Shown piece by piece: positions 1-14,094 of a stretch of 64,000 bases of DNA. The notes under the pieces are model-generated. The model worked only from the letters and a program-made list of their open reading frames with translations. It made no database searches and had not been told where the DNA came from. This DNA comes from Octopus sinensis (Eukaryota): positions 40,920,001-40,984,000 of the forward strand of contig NC_043013.1 of assembly GCF_006345805.1 (NCBI RefSeq). The letters run 5' to 3'. The position numbers and the translations under genes are program-made. Every line of letters begins with the position of its first letter. The first letter of the stretch is position 1.

Positions 1-170
1 TGTCTATAAAAATAGGGAATCGTATCCGCACTGGATAACCCCATTTCCGAATATTGATGGTTTGTAAAATCCCAGAATACTTCAACTGTTCCATCACAGT
101 CTCAGACTTAAACAACATTGGCGATTTGGTATTATTTGGTTTGATACAGCGAACAAAATAAGGATTACAC
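1..170 (-). CDS. Myosin coding exon 16, truncated by window edge ([56 protein letters not shown])
   Basis: tctttatcag acceptor at 171-173; FVRCIKPN motif; open to position 1. Confidence 0.96.
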
Positions 171-3100
171 CTGATAAAGAAGAGAGAATAATGATTAACT
201 AGTGGGTTAAGAGCAGATTAGGCTATTGAAGTGATAGCAGAGGATTTTCCTGATAAGAAAAAGTGGGAGATCATTCTGGGATCATCATTAACTACATTTA
301 TGCTGGTGTCACTTAAAAAGCACCATTGCTGGTGGTATGTAAGAAGCACCTATGCTGGTGCCATATGAAAAGCACCATGCTGGTGCCACATTTAAAGCAC
401 CCATCCTAGTGCCACATATAATGCACTTGTGCTGGAGCCACATAAATGCACCCTGTACACTCTGTAAAATGGTTGGTGTTAGGAAGGGCATCCAGCCATG
501 GAAACCATGCCAAAACAGACAATTGGAGCCAGGTGCAGCTCTCCCACTTGCTAGCTCCTATCAAACTGTCCAACCCATGCCAGCATGGAAAATGGATGTT
601 AAATGATGATGATGATGATGATGGTGATGCCTCCTTTTCCCATGCAGGTTGGCGAGAAAAGATATATTGAGGCATTCATCTATAACCAAATGTCCTTCAT
701 GTCAGCAGCCCTTACCTACTTTATTGCTATTCTCCAGAAATGTGCAAAGAAAACAGATGCACAGACAACAAATGATAGAACAGTTAGTAATTATTTATTA
801 ATATTATGCACTGTAAGTTATCTTATGGTTTATACAAGAGACCAGAAGAGAGTTCTATGAATTTGTAGTATCTAGCTGCTGGAGCTTATGAGTTTTGTGC
901 ATAATAAGTATATTCAGTTCTATCAACAGTTAGATAAGCACAATTATCATATATATATATATATTATATATATATATCCTCATCAGTTATCAGCCAGAGG
1001 GTCAAATATAATTTCATGCCTTCAACGATAATATTAGTCCCCTCTGATGGTCTCGACAGCAAGAAGCTGCTGGGAAGTGGCAAGCCAATGAACAAGGGAC
1101 CAAACATGACAGAAAGTGAAGAAATAAACAAATATTCAATACAGAAAGTGAACATACAAACATGAAATAAATAAACAGAATACAGCCTTAGGGCCAGACA
1201 GGGGACAAAATTATGGTTAATGCCAGGATGAATATCCTAAAGGATTAAAAACAGAAGGACTATGTATGTATGTATACTATTGGGTTGGCAAGGAAGTTCC
1301 CGCTGATTTTTTAAATTTTAGAATTTATTGCGTTTTTAAATTTTGGAATCTATTTTTTTTGAGAATTCTATTTTTGAATCATTTTGGAATCTATTTTGGT
1401 TTTTTTCTAGTTAAATTTTGTAAATTTTTGTTTATTTTCAGATCATTAAAATGGAATGTCAAGTTAAGAAAAATGAGCATTTTCAACACCACCTTCTTTT
1501 TGCTTTTAATCAAGGTTCTAAGGCCGCAAAAACTGCTCACGACATTTGTGCTGTGTTTGGAGAGGGTGCCATAGCTGAAAGAACTGCTCCTGATTGGTAT
1601 GCCAAGTTCAAAAATGGAAATTTTGACCTCAAAGATGCACCTCATTCTGGCTGTCCAGTTGAGTTCAATGAAGAGCAATTGAACCAACTTTTGCATGCAA
1701 ATTCTTGTTAAACGACAAGGGAACTGGCAGAGAGAATGGAATGCTCCCACACTGCTATAGAGAAGCATCTTCACTCGATGGGAAAGGTTCAGAAATATGG
1801 AGCATGGGTTCCGCATGCTTTAAGTGACAAACAACAAAAACCAATGAGCAACAATCTCCGCTGTTTTGCTCATCACCACTCAACTCATGAACGATTTCTT
1901 TACCGAAATGTTACTGGCGATGAAAAAATGGTGCCTGTACATCAATATGAAGCAGCGCAAGGAATGGCTTAGCCCTGGTAGACAAGTGACACTGTGTGTG
2001 AAACAAGATGTTGTGCGTATGGTGGAGCTGGGAAGGGATTATCCATTACAAATCGCTTGAACGGAATCAAATGGTCAACGCGGAATTCTATGTGCAACAG
2101 GTGGAATTACTCACCATGGGTATTTAGGAGAAAAGATGTAATTGGCAGCAAGGAGTTCTGCTGCCCAACAATGCCCACCCTCATATCGCCAATATGACCA
2201 AGGAAGCCATTCAAATGCATGACTGCGAAGTGATGCCACACCCACCATACTCTCCTGATTTGGCACCAACAGATTTCCACCCCTTTCAATCTCTTTCAAA
2301 TGCTATGTACAGAGTTTTGTTCAATACTGATGCAGAATTGAGAGCTTGGTTGGATCAATTTTTTGTGTCGAAATCAGGTGATTTCTACCAACGATGTATT
2401 GAAAATCTTGTTGAACATTGGGAAAAAGTTGTAAACAACAAGGGTGAATACATTATTCATTAATTAGTTGTTATTTTTTATCAAACCTTATAAAAATTTT
2501 CAATTTAAAAAAACCGCATGAACATAGTTGCCAACCCAATACATATAAAACATAGATATATGTATGCTAATCTTGAACTGAGAGAACGAGTGGTCAAAAT
2601 TGGTGAATTAATGACCTTTATTTGTCTGATAACAAGGCTACCAATGGCTTCATATCAAAAGAAGTTTCTACAATTTTCAAGCATATCACATGAGAATGTT
2701 GGTACTTGAAAATTTACATCAAACTACTGGTAAATTTGTTAACCTACAATAAAGTGTGTGTGTATATGCATGCACGTATGTATGTATGTGTGTGTGTGTA
2801 CATATATATAAAACAATGTAACAGCACACCATTGATACAAGTCTGATGAAATGCCACACTAATATCTAAACACAGTGATGTCACTTGTCACACTGCCTTA
2901 TGAAGGTCACTGTTAGCTCTCACTACACACACAATTATGTGCTACCATCTGTCGCCATGCTACAGAACTAGTCAAGGTACTCTTTGATACCAACCACCTT
3001 GTACACTAGCTGTCACTGTAATAACTATATGGGGTTAGAATAGTCGTCCAGTTCAAGGATCGTCCCGATAAAGCAGACCATCATTAAGAGATATTTCAAC

Positions 3101-3423
3101 TGAAACCATCCAATGTTTTACCTATTTCCAGGAAAACAAGGACAGCATTATCCAATGCACCTTTTTCAAAAACAGCAAGGCATGATTTGAGAGAGATTTG
3201 GCTGTTATTTTTAACAGATAGATTGACCACAGAGAAGAGGTTCCTTTAGTAGTTTGTAGGGCTAGAGTAGTTATCAAAGTAACAATATAAAGTGAAATAT
3301 CATAGCAACTGTGTCTTTAAAAACGTGCATAGATTAGACAAGAAGTTATTTGAGACAGGATTTTATGGCTGGATGCTTTTTTGTATGTAATCCTTGCCTG
3401 TTTTTTTTAGATACAGAATATAT

Positions 3424-3479
<56 letters not shown>

Positions 3480-6400
3480 ATTTTGTGCTTTTGTTTATTA
3501 AGCTGTGAAATAAGACAAAGACAGTGAGCTGCTGTAGTGTAATGTGATATGGTCTGATGTGGAGTGTTTGCGGTGTAACAATGTACAACGTAGTGGTTTG
3601 TAATGTAATATACTGTGGTGTATGGTTATTGTCTGGGATAGGTGTACAATTGAGGTCATTAAGATGCTCTAGAGACTAAGACTATAATTTTTGTATAAGG
3701 CCAGTGATTTCAGGGGAAAAGCCAATTACATCATTTAATTGGAAGGATGGCGTTAGGAAGGGCATCCAGCTGTAGAAACATTGCCAGATCAGACTGGGCC
3801 TGGTGCAGCCTTCTGGCTTCCCAGACCCCAGTTGAACCGTCCAACCCATGCTAGCATGGAAAGCAGACACTAAACGAAGATGAATGAATGATGATGATGA
3901 AAGGCAAAGCTGACCTCAGCAGAATTTGAACTCAGAACATAAAGCCGGACATAATGCTGCTAAGCATTTTCTCCAGCAGGCTAACGATCCTGTCACCTCA
4001 CAGCATTATGCTACTACAATGAGATGTGATATTGTTACATGATAGGTTTTGCTTGTTGTTGCTTAATCCTCAGGCTGTCACAGACCAAAGAGACCTAAAA
4101 TCAGAGGTATTTCAGCCTTGACCTCCCCAAGATCACCATATACAGCTTGTCCATTTTTGAGATGATAGGGAAATTTGGCTGCTTTATCTGCCAGGTTAAG
4201 CAACCACATAGATGCTTCCTCATTGCTCAGTTTATTGATTCCTGATCCAATACTGTTTGCATCCAATGCTTATATGACATGGTATGCTACCATGTAAGGT
4301 AGAGTACCACATATGGTGTCGTACTACGAACAATGTGGTATAATGGCAAGGTGTGCTGTAGTATGGCACACGGCTCAGTGTTTAGAGTGTCGGGCTCGCA
4401 ATCATGAGGTAGTGAGTTCAATTCCCAGACCAGGTTATGTGTTGTGTTCTTGAGCAAGACACTCTATTTCATGTTGCTCCAGTTCATTCAGCTGTAGAAA
4501 TGAGTTGCAATGTCACAGGTGCCAAATTGCATCGGCCTTTGCCTTTCCCTTGGACAACATTGGTGACGTGAAGAGGGGAAGCTGGTATGCATGGGCAAAT
4601 ACTGGTCTTCCATAAACAACCTTTCCTGGACTTGTGCCTCGGAGGGGAACTTTCTAGGTGCAATCCCTAGGTCATTCATGACTGAAGGGGCTCTTTTTCA
4701 TTTTACTGTAGCACAGCACTACTAATATGTAGAGCAGAGGTAGTTTGGTAGATTATATTCATAATAAAGTGATGCACTGGTACACATTTACAGGGGTCAT
4801 TCAAGTCAGAAATCATACTCACTGTTTCATGGTATATACAAGGGAGGCCAAACTTTCATTGAACTGTGCTGACACTGTTGGTGTTTTGGGTTTCATTGTT
4901 ACATAGCGACCTGTGTTCTTGCTCAATGTCTTTGGAAGTAGTCGTCCTCTCATGTCTTCAAACATTTGGCAGATTATCTATGAGTAATAAAACAATTTAG
5001 AGATGATTAGCTATTCAAGAAGGGCAAAATATTCTATAGGAATTAACCCTTTTTTAAACCATATTCCTGTTGAGATGCTCTGTGTTTCTTTCAATTAATT
5101 TTAAATATAACAAATAATTTAGTAAAATAATGTAGTTATAATTAAGCTAGTGTTAGGAACATAAATTGTGACTAAGGTTTGGTGGAAGATTTTAATTCAG
5201 AACTTTTGAAAACAAGACATTTGTACTACAGAGCCAGAGATGGTTTCAGGTGGGTTTGTATTGAAAGGGTTAATGAAATATTCCTGATGAAGTTTCTGGT
5301 CTGGAGGAATCTGATTGGTCACACAGGCAGCAATGGTGAAATATTTGAAAAGTTAGAAAGTGATATAAGATGGAGTAAAAGAATATATGAAAAGATAAGT
5401 GAAGGATGACACATGGGGGTGATGAAATTAGAAAGTTAATAGGGATGTTAAGAGAGGAAAGCTGGGGATGAGAAGAGAGAGAAAGAAAAGAAAGAGAGAG
5501 AGAATGAAAACGGTAGGGATAGAGAGGGAGAGCAATGGAGAGGGAGGGAGGAGGGAAAGGGAAGAGAGATGGCTTGAAACAGAGGTGTGTGGTTATAGTA
5601 GACCTTGAAAAGATAGGGTTGGCAAAAGAAAGAAGACAGAGCAGAGGTAAATGCCACAAGAGTTTAAGGTGAGGTAGTTTGATCAACCATGAAAGTCCAT
5701 ATGGAAAAGTCTGAATGTGGATAATGATGAAGATGATGATGATGAAAAATGCAAATTATTTCACTTGGGGTTCCATTTGATGTTTCAAATGAAGAAAGAG
5801 AGAGTTATGTGATCACTTGACCTGCTAAAAATAGTAACTAAGTCACCCATAAATCAAGAGACAGTGTTTATGTTAAAAAAAAAAAAGGAAGGATATTGTT
5901 GAAAATAGAATTGTAGAAACGTTATGATTGTATTGAGCAGAGTATTGGATGTTGTTATATACAACTAGTCACAATGCGCTTCCTTACAAAGTAGCTTTCT
6001 AATGATACTACTAGTCAAGTAGGCCAACATTGCCCTGAACAGGACACCAGTCCATTGTAGGCTTCCTAATTTACAGCTGAATGGACTGGAACAATGTGAA
6101 ATGAAGTACTTGCTCAAGAACACAATTCACCACTGGTCTGGGAATTTAAACCTTGATCTTGTGAATTGTGAATATAGTACCCCAAACAGTTGGCCGTGCA
6201 CATTATATTTAATAAAAAGAAAAAGAGATGGCCACGATTTAGAATTCTATAACCATATTAAACTAAATTTTTTAATTAAGATCTAAGATGCTCTCAAAGG
6301 AATAGGATTAGTGAAAGGAATCTGTTTAGAAGTTTCTTATAAGAAAAAGCAATTCTATGCAAATAGTTTACACAACTTACAGAATTCTTGCTTTCACACA

Positions 6401-9400
6401 GCAATTCAACAACGTCACTCTGGAGTGTATCCTTGTTTTTCTCCAAAAAGGATCTTGCCTGCAACAAACACAAAACAGTAGTTTAAAAAAAGAAAATAGG
6501 AGAAAGAAAGGTTTGCTTTTTAATATTGTGGTGTAGAGGCATTTGTCTTCACAATCTGGGTTCAAATTCTGCTGAGGTTGGCTTTGCCTTTCATCCTTTT
6601 GGAGTTGATAAGATAAGTTCCAATTGAACACTGGGCTTGATGTAATTGACTAACCCCTCCCCCAAAATTGCCGGCCTTGTGCCAAAACTTGAAATCAAAC
6701 ATTTTTGGTGTAGAAGATGTGTGCATATGTATGTGTGTGCGTGTGTGTGTCTTTGTGTGTGTGTGTTGGTGTTTCTTTGCCTTGACATCATGTGATTGTT
6801 ATAAATGACTATCACCATCATTCATATCCGATCTTCCATGTAATCATGTCCAGTTCAGTCACGGAAAAATATTGGTTTCAGATTTTGGCACAAGGCCAGC
6901 AAGTTCGGGGATGGTTGGGGGTTAATCAATTACATCGACCCTAGTGTCCAACTGGTACTTATTTTATAATTCTCTAAAGGACAATAGACAAAATTGACCC
7001 TGGCGGAATTTGAATGCAGGGCATAAAGACGTATGAAATGCTGCTACGTATTTTGGCCCGTGTGGTGACGATTCTGCCAGTTCGGAAATATTTATTTCTT
7101 TATTGTCCACAGGGGCTAAACATAGAGGGGACAAACAAGGACAGACAAAGGGATTAAGTCGATTACATTGACCCCAGTGCATAACTGATACTTATTCAAT
7201 CGACCCCGAAGGGATGAAAGGCAAAGTCGACCTCGGCAGAATTTGAACTCAGAACATAACGGCAGAGGAAATACTGCTAAGCAATTTACCTGGCATAAAT
7301 CCTTAAGAAAAAATCCTTAAAAATGTTTTAGCCTGAAGGCCGCAGCCATGCTGGGGCACCACCGCTGAAATGCTAACAATTCTTATTTCTTTACTACCCA
7401 CAAAGGGCTACACACAGAGGGGACAAACAAGGACAGACAAACGGATTAAGTCGATTATATCGACCCCAGTGTATAACTGGTACTTATTTAATCGACCCCG
7501 AAAGGATGAGAGGCAAAGTCGACCTCGGTGGAATTTGAACTCAGAACATAGCGACAGATGGAATACTGCTAAGCATTTCACCCGGCGTGCTAACGATTCT
7601 GCCACCTCACCACCCTTGGAAATATTACCAGTTTCGAAATATTACCTTGCTTGGAAATAAGTAAAGGTTGACAACAGGAAGGGCATCCAGTTGTAGAAAA
7701 TGTACTTGAATGAAACAACCCTGACCCATGCAAGCATGGAAAAACTAACATTAAAATGATGATGATGATGATAACGATGTATTTGTATACTTACATTATA
7801 TGTTACTTTGCCAGCATAATGGTAAATAATGAATTCCATGCTCGACATCCTTGGTTTCTCATAATTACAGCTCATGGAATGTTCATAATGGCACTTTTCT
7901 AAGAAAGACTTGTCTGATGCCTGTAAGAGTCAAATCACATTTTTGTCAATACTTTGCAGAACACCATTCTTATTTCTTTAAACACAGAGAAACATCAAAT
8001 ATTTTGTAGAGAGGAAACATACAAGAGAAAATAATGAATTAAAAGCGCAGGAGTGGCTGTGTGGTAAGTAGTTTGCTTACCAACCACATGGTTCCAGGTT
8101 CAGTCCCACTGTGTGACACCTTGGGCAAGTGTCTTCTACTATAGCCTCGGGCCGACCAAAGCCTTGTGAGTGGATTTGGTAGACGGAAACTGAAAGAAGC
8201 CCGTCATATATATATATGTGTGTGTGTGTTTGTGTGTCTGTGTTGTCCCCCCAACATTGCTTGACAACCGATGCTGGTGTGTTTACGTCCCCGTAACTTA
8301 GCGGTTCGGCAAAAGAGATGATAGAATAAGTACTAGGCTTACAAAGAAAAAGTCCTGGGGTCGATTTGGTTGACTAAAGGCGGTGCTCCAGCATGGCCAC
8401 AGCCAAATGACTGAAACAAGTAAAAGAGTACTTCAAAGTTTAAACATTTTGGCACAAATCCAACAAGTCTGGAGGTGGGGCTCAGTACATTGACCCCAGA
8501 GCCTAGCTGGTACTTATTTTATTGATGTTGAATGAATGAAAGCTATGTTGACTTCGGTAGCATTTGAACTCAGAATGTAAAGATGGATGAAATGCTGCTA
8601 AGCATTTCACCTGGCATGTTAACGATTCTACCAACTTGACACTTTTCAAGGTTTAAATATTAATTTCAAATTTCTGGTACAAGGCCATCAATCTTGGAGG
8701 AGAGGGTAGGTCATTTACATTAACCCCACTACTTAGCTTGACCTTGTTTTATCGACCCCTGAAAGGATGAAAGGTAAAGTCAACCTCAGTGGAATTTGAA
8801 TTAAGAACATAAAGAAGGACAAAATTCCACTAAGCATTTTGCCTGGACTGTCAATGATTCTACCAGTTCACCATTTTATTTCAAGCTGTACATATTGAGA
8901 AGCTAAATTCCAGAGCAACTCCTTAGAATTACAGGTGTGGCTGTGGGGTAAGAAGTTTGCTTCCCAACCACATGGTTCCAGGTTCAGTACCACTGCATGG
9001 CACCTTGAGCAAGTGTCTTCTACTGTAACCTTGGGTCAACCAAAGCCTTGTGAGTGGATTTGATAGAGGAAAACTGAAAGAAGCCCATCATATATATATA
9101 TATAAATCATTGTCGTGGCTGGTAGCACGTAAAAAGCACCATTCAAGTGTGATCAATGCCAGTGCCACCTGACTGGTCCCATATCAGTGGCATGTAAAAA
9201 GCACCATTCGAGCATGGTCATTGCTCATGTCATCTGACTGGCTCCTGTGCCGGTGGAATGTAAAAAGCACCATTCAAGCATGGTCGATGCCAGTGCCGCC
9301 TGACTAGTCCCATGTTGGTAGCACATGAAAAGCATTATTTGAGCATGGTCATTGCCAGTGCCATCTGACTGGCTCCTGTGCCAGTGGAATGTAAACAGCA

Positions 9401-10980
9401 CCATTCAAGCATAGTCGATGCCAGTACTTCCTGACTGGCCCTCATGCTGGAGGTACATAAAAAACACCTACTACACTCTCAGAGTGGTTGGCATTATGAA
9501 GGGCATCCAGCTGTAGAAACTTTGCCAGATCAGATTCAAGCTAGGTGCAGTCTTCTGGCTTCCCAGTGCTCAGTCAAACCATCCAACCCATGCCAGCATG
9601 GAGAGCAGACGTTAAACAAATGATGATGATGATATTTGTGTCTGTGTTTGTACCCCCACCATTACCTGACAACCGATGTTGGTGTGTTTGTGTCCCCACA
9701 ACTTAGCAGTTCAGCAAAAGAAACGATTGGAATAAGTACTAGGTTTACAAAGAATAAGTCCTGGGGGTTTACGTGCTTGACTAAAGGCAGTGCTCCAGCA
9801 TGGCCACAGTCTAATGACTGAACATGTAAAAAAAAAATGAAAGATTGCTTATTTCTACTTTGCTCCCTTCTGTTATATAGTCTATATCTGATTTATTCGA
9901 GGAACAAATTATGCCCTTGTTACGGAAGCTCATATTGTGTATACCCCAGTTTCAGAATTGTTACAGAGTTTAATGTGCACCAATTCTTATGATACACTTT
10001 CCTGTTAGTTTTTAGAGGCAATTAAAAAGCCTGGTGCCAAGAAAAGCATCTGGTCATAAAACACAGCCTCAATAAACCTGGGCTACCCATACTAACATGG
10101 GAAAGGGATAGAAAATGATGATCATGATTAAGATTCAGGTTGTGTAACTCTTGTGTTAAGCTAGTACATAGTAAACTTATTTATGTCCCCTTGACTAAGT
10201 GGTTCACCAAAAAGTGACTGAAGGAATAAGTATCAGACTTTAAGTACTAGGGTTGTTTTGATTGACTGAACACAATACATCAAAGCAGTGCTCCAGTTTG
10301 GTCATAGTTTAATGAGTAAAACAAGTAAAAAAAAGAAAAGAATATTACCCTTGGGAAATTACACTCATCGTCAAGGATATGAAAAATGCCGGATGGTTTG
10401 CTGCTGATGAGACAAATGAGTTCCTGGTTGTTTGGGAAGTCAATCTGGCTCCAGTTGATGCGCTCCTTCTTGTATTCCTTCTGTTCCATGAGGAAGATGC
10501 ATTCATTGAAGAAACTCTGTAGTGTCTCATTTGCATAATTGATGCACAGCTGTTCAAAACTGTTTAAAGATATGTCCTACAAAAATGGAAACAGAGAGCA
10601 TAAGCAAATGGGCATATATACTACTACTACTTCTACGACATCATCGTCATCATTATTATTGAAATCTCAAAGTTGCATGATAATGCATGATTAATTCAAA
10701 ACAGTGTGAATAAACAAGAATTAGACATCATCATCATTTAAAATCTGTTCTCCATGCTGGCATGGGTTGGACGGTTTGACCAGGGCTGGGAATGCTGGAA
10801 GGCCACACCAGACTCCAGTCTGATTTGGCAGGTTTCTGTGGCTGAATGCAACAGAGACTGATGAATTAAATATCAGAGTTTAAAAAGAAAATAAGTACTG
10901 GGGTTGATTTGTACAACTAAACCCTTCAAGGTGGTGCCCCAGCATGACCACAGTCCTATGAATAAAACAAGTAAAAAACA

Positions 10981-11019
<39 letters not shown>

Positions 11020-14000
11020 TACTTTTATCAGTTTCAGCTCAAAGCTGTGACCATGCTGGGCACCACCATTTTGCCATACTTTGTTATTATTGAGAGCCTC
11101 CTCTGATATGTGGTATTTGGTGAATAAGGGAGTTTGACATTGCTACCCTCATTTGTGCCTCCTGCCGTAAGGTAGGTTCATCTGAGAACCTACATATATA
11201 TATATATATGAGGGTGCTTTGAAAAGTTCCTGGCTGGAGGCCCAACATTCTGAGCTTTTTCACAGGACTTAGAAAAGCTGAAGGACTGCTGCCATAAATA
11301 CATAAATCTGAGATAGGAATATGTTGAATAAAATCATAATTAACTGATCCTCCTGTGTATTCTTTTATCCAAGCCAGGAACATTTTAGCACCTCCTCGTG
11401 TGTGTGTGTGTGTGTCTCCCCACCTCCATACCATGCTAAAGTTTCTTATTTCTTTATTGCCCACAGGGGGCTAAACAGAGGACACAAACAAGGAAAGACA
11501 AAGGAATTAAGTCAATTACATTGACCCTAGAGTGTAACTGGTACTTAATTTATTGACCCCAAAAGGATCAAAAGCAAAGTCAACCTCGGCGGAATTTGAA
11601 CTCAGAATGTAGTGGCAGACGAAATACGGCTAAGCATTTCGCCTGGCGTGCTAACGTTTCTGCCAGCTCGCCACCTTAGAAGGAAGGATGACCCTATATA
11701 TATATATATATATCACCGTGACTGACCAGGCCATCAGATATTGTTACACATCGCTGATCACAATGCGCTTCGCATTGTTTTAGCCTTCAAATGATGCCAC
11801 CCCACTGGGTAAGTGAGCAGGCCAACAGAAGAAAGAGTGAGAGAAAGTTGTGGCGAAAGAATACAGCAGGGATCGCCACCACCCCCTGCCATCCTGGTTC
11901 TGTCACTTGTCTACAATCTTCTTCTTTCCAGTTACTTACCCACTGTCTACTCTATTTCCTACCTTTATAAACATTAATACATTAAAACAAAGGTTAGTAG
12001 TAAAATGAAAACTGTCCTTACTTCAAATCCAAAAATATCCAAGAGAGCCATCGATGTCACTTTTTCCCGTGGAGATCTGTAGACAATCTGGTTTATTCGT
12101 TCCACTAACCAGGTGAAAAGTCGACAATAAAGGGCTTTAGCAATGGCATCCCTGTAACAATTAAACAATCATTAGCACCAAATTAAAAGTCATTTTAATT
12201 AGTTGTTTTTTTTTTTATTTAATTAGTTTTTCTATCTGTATATTGTTGATATTTGTTGAACTGGTGTCCCCATCTCCATTATTGATTTCATTACATTTCA
12301 GCTGCTGCACACATCTGTCTTCTTCAGATGTCTTGAGTTGGACTTGGTTGATGAATAGCAATTTTGTACCTAATCCTTTATTTGATCCATGGAGATACAC
12401 TGTTCTCATTCAGCTCTGCATGCTTCTTGAGATTTCTGATTCAGTTGAATATTTGTGAACTGTCTTAAGCCTGAGATTGAACTCAGCACTTCTAGTTGAC
12501 TGCACCACATTAACCAATGTCTTTATCTACGAACAACCAAGTTCAACACAAGACACCTGAAGAAGGCTGGAGCATACAACAGCCAAAACATTAGTGAAAA
12601 GCAACAATTAATATGAGGATACCAGTCTGACTTATATAAGCAATATACATTATATAAATACCTCATCTCAGAAATACAGAATTGTAGTTTTTTTTCTTTT
12701 ATAAGTCAGTGAAAAGAGAAGCAGAACACATATGCATTGAAGGCTACACTACAAGATTGGTAAGGCTGATGTAACTCATGTCCAGTTTGAACATTTGCAG
12801 ATCACTTATTGTTACCAATACATTTAATGTCCACTTTCCCATGGTTTCAAAATGGCTGAAGATTAGCATCACTCTTGAAACTTGGAGTATCAACGAATTT
12901 GAATCAAACTGTTTTGATACATACATATGTATGTATGTGTGTATGTGCATGTGTGTATTGTCAGTTAATGTTTCCTTTTCCATGCTTTCATGGGTTAGAA
13001 GGAATTTGTTGAGGCAGATTTACCTACAGTTGGATATCCTTGTTGCCAACCCTCACCTGTTTACAAGCAAAGTAGTATTTTCCTGTAGCTAGACAAGGTT
13101 TCCATTCATAGGAAACTAGAAATAAATGTTTTTGCTGGTATGTTGGTAATGCTAAGTGGACAGTTCATTCATGTTGGTAATGCTGTATGGACAATTCATT
13201 CAAGTAATACATGAATACATACATATGGGATTATATTCAAGGACCTATACCTTCATGGAATTACAGACCAACTGCCATACCCTCTTGAAGATGAGCTGTG
13301 AACTCATTCTCCTGTCTGTATTCTTTTATCCACTGTTTTACTCTTTATTTTTTTATCTACTAAGGCAGCAAGCTGGTAGAAACGTTAGCACGCCGAGAGA
13401 AATGCTTAGTGGTATTTCATCTGTCTTTAAGTTCTGAATTCAAATTCTGCTGAGGTCGACTTTGCCTTTCATCCATTTGGGATTGATAAATTAAGTACAA
13501 GTTCTATACTGGGGTCGATCTAATCTACTGGTCCCCACATCTACAAAAATTTCGGGCCTAGAGTAGAAATGATCCTTTTATCTACCATTTTATTTCTATA
13601 TACACTGTGAATTCTCTGTCTGGAACATTCCTATATGCTCACCTTGTCTCTGATGACAGAATACCCAATATATAGAGATGCTAGCCAATCTCTTAGGATA
13701 TCCCAGAAACAGTTGTAAGACATCCAATAATTAATTGATTGATTAATTAACTAATCAATTACTTCAAATTCGCCTTCCTCTAAATATTCTAAACTATGTG
13801 AGATACTTGTCCTGCCTTGGTTTCGTTGTCCTTTTTCCTCTAATACATACATACATACATCATAAATTCCTTTTCTATCTATATTCATAGGCACAGGTAT
13901 GGTTATGTTGTAAGAAGTTTTCTTTCCAACATCATGGTTCCAGGTTCAGTCCCACTACATGGCATCTTGGGCAAGTGTCTTCCACTATAGCACCAGACTG

Positions 14001-14051
14001 ACTAAAGCCTTGTGAGTGGATTTGGTAAAGGGAAACTGAAAGAAGCCCACA

Positions 14052-14094
<43 letters not shown>

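Noticed and set aside
603-860. 85-aa plus-strand ORF starting with poly-Met
   Set aside because: Poly-Met comes from a SINE (GAT)n tail; no recognisable homology
5270-5686. 138-aa Leu/Ser/Pro-rich minus-strand ORF (similar at 35859-36263)
   Set aside because: Low-complexity purine/pyrimidine-skewed tract inside a myosin intron
9118-9480. CRISPR-like regularly spaced repeats (also 27570-27780, 47890-48170)
   Set aside because: Whole units are homologous with no unique spacers, they sit inside a SINE, there are no cas genes, and the context is eukaryotic
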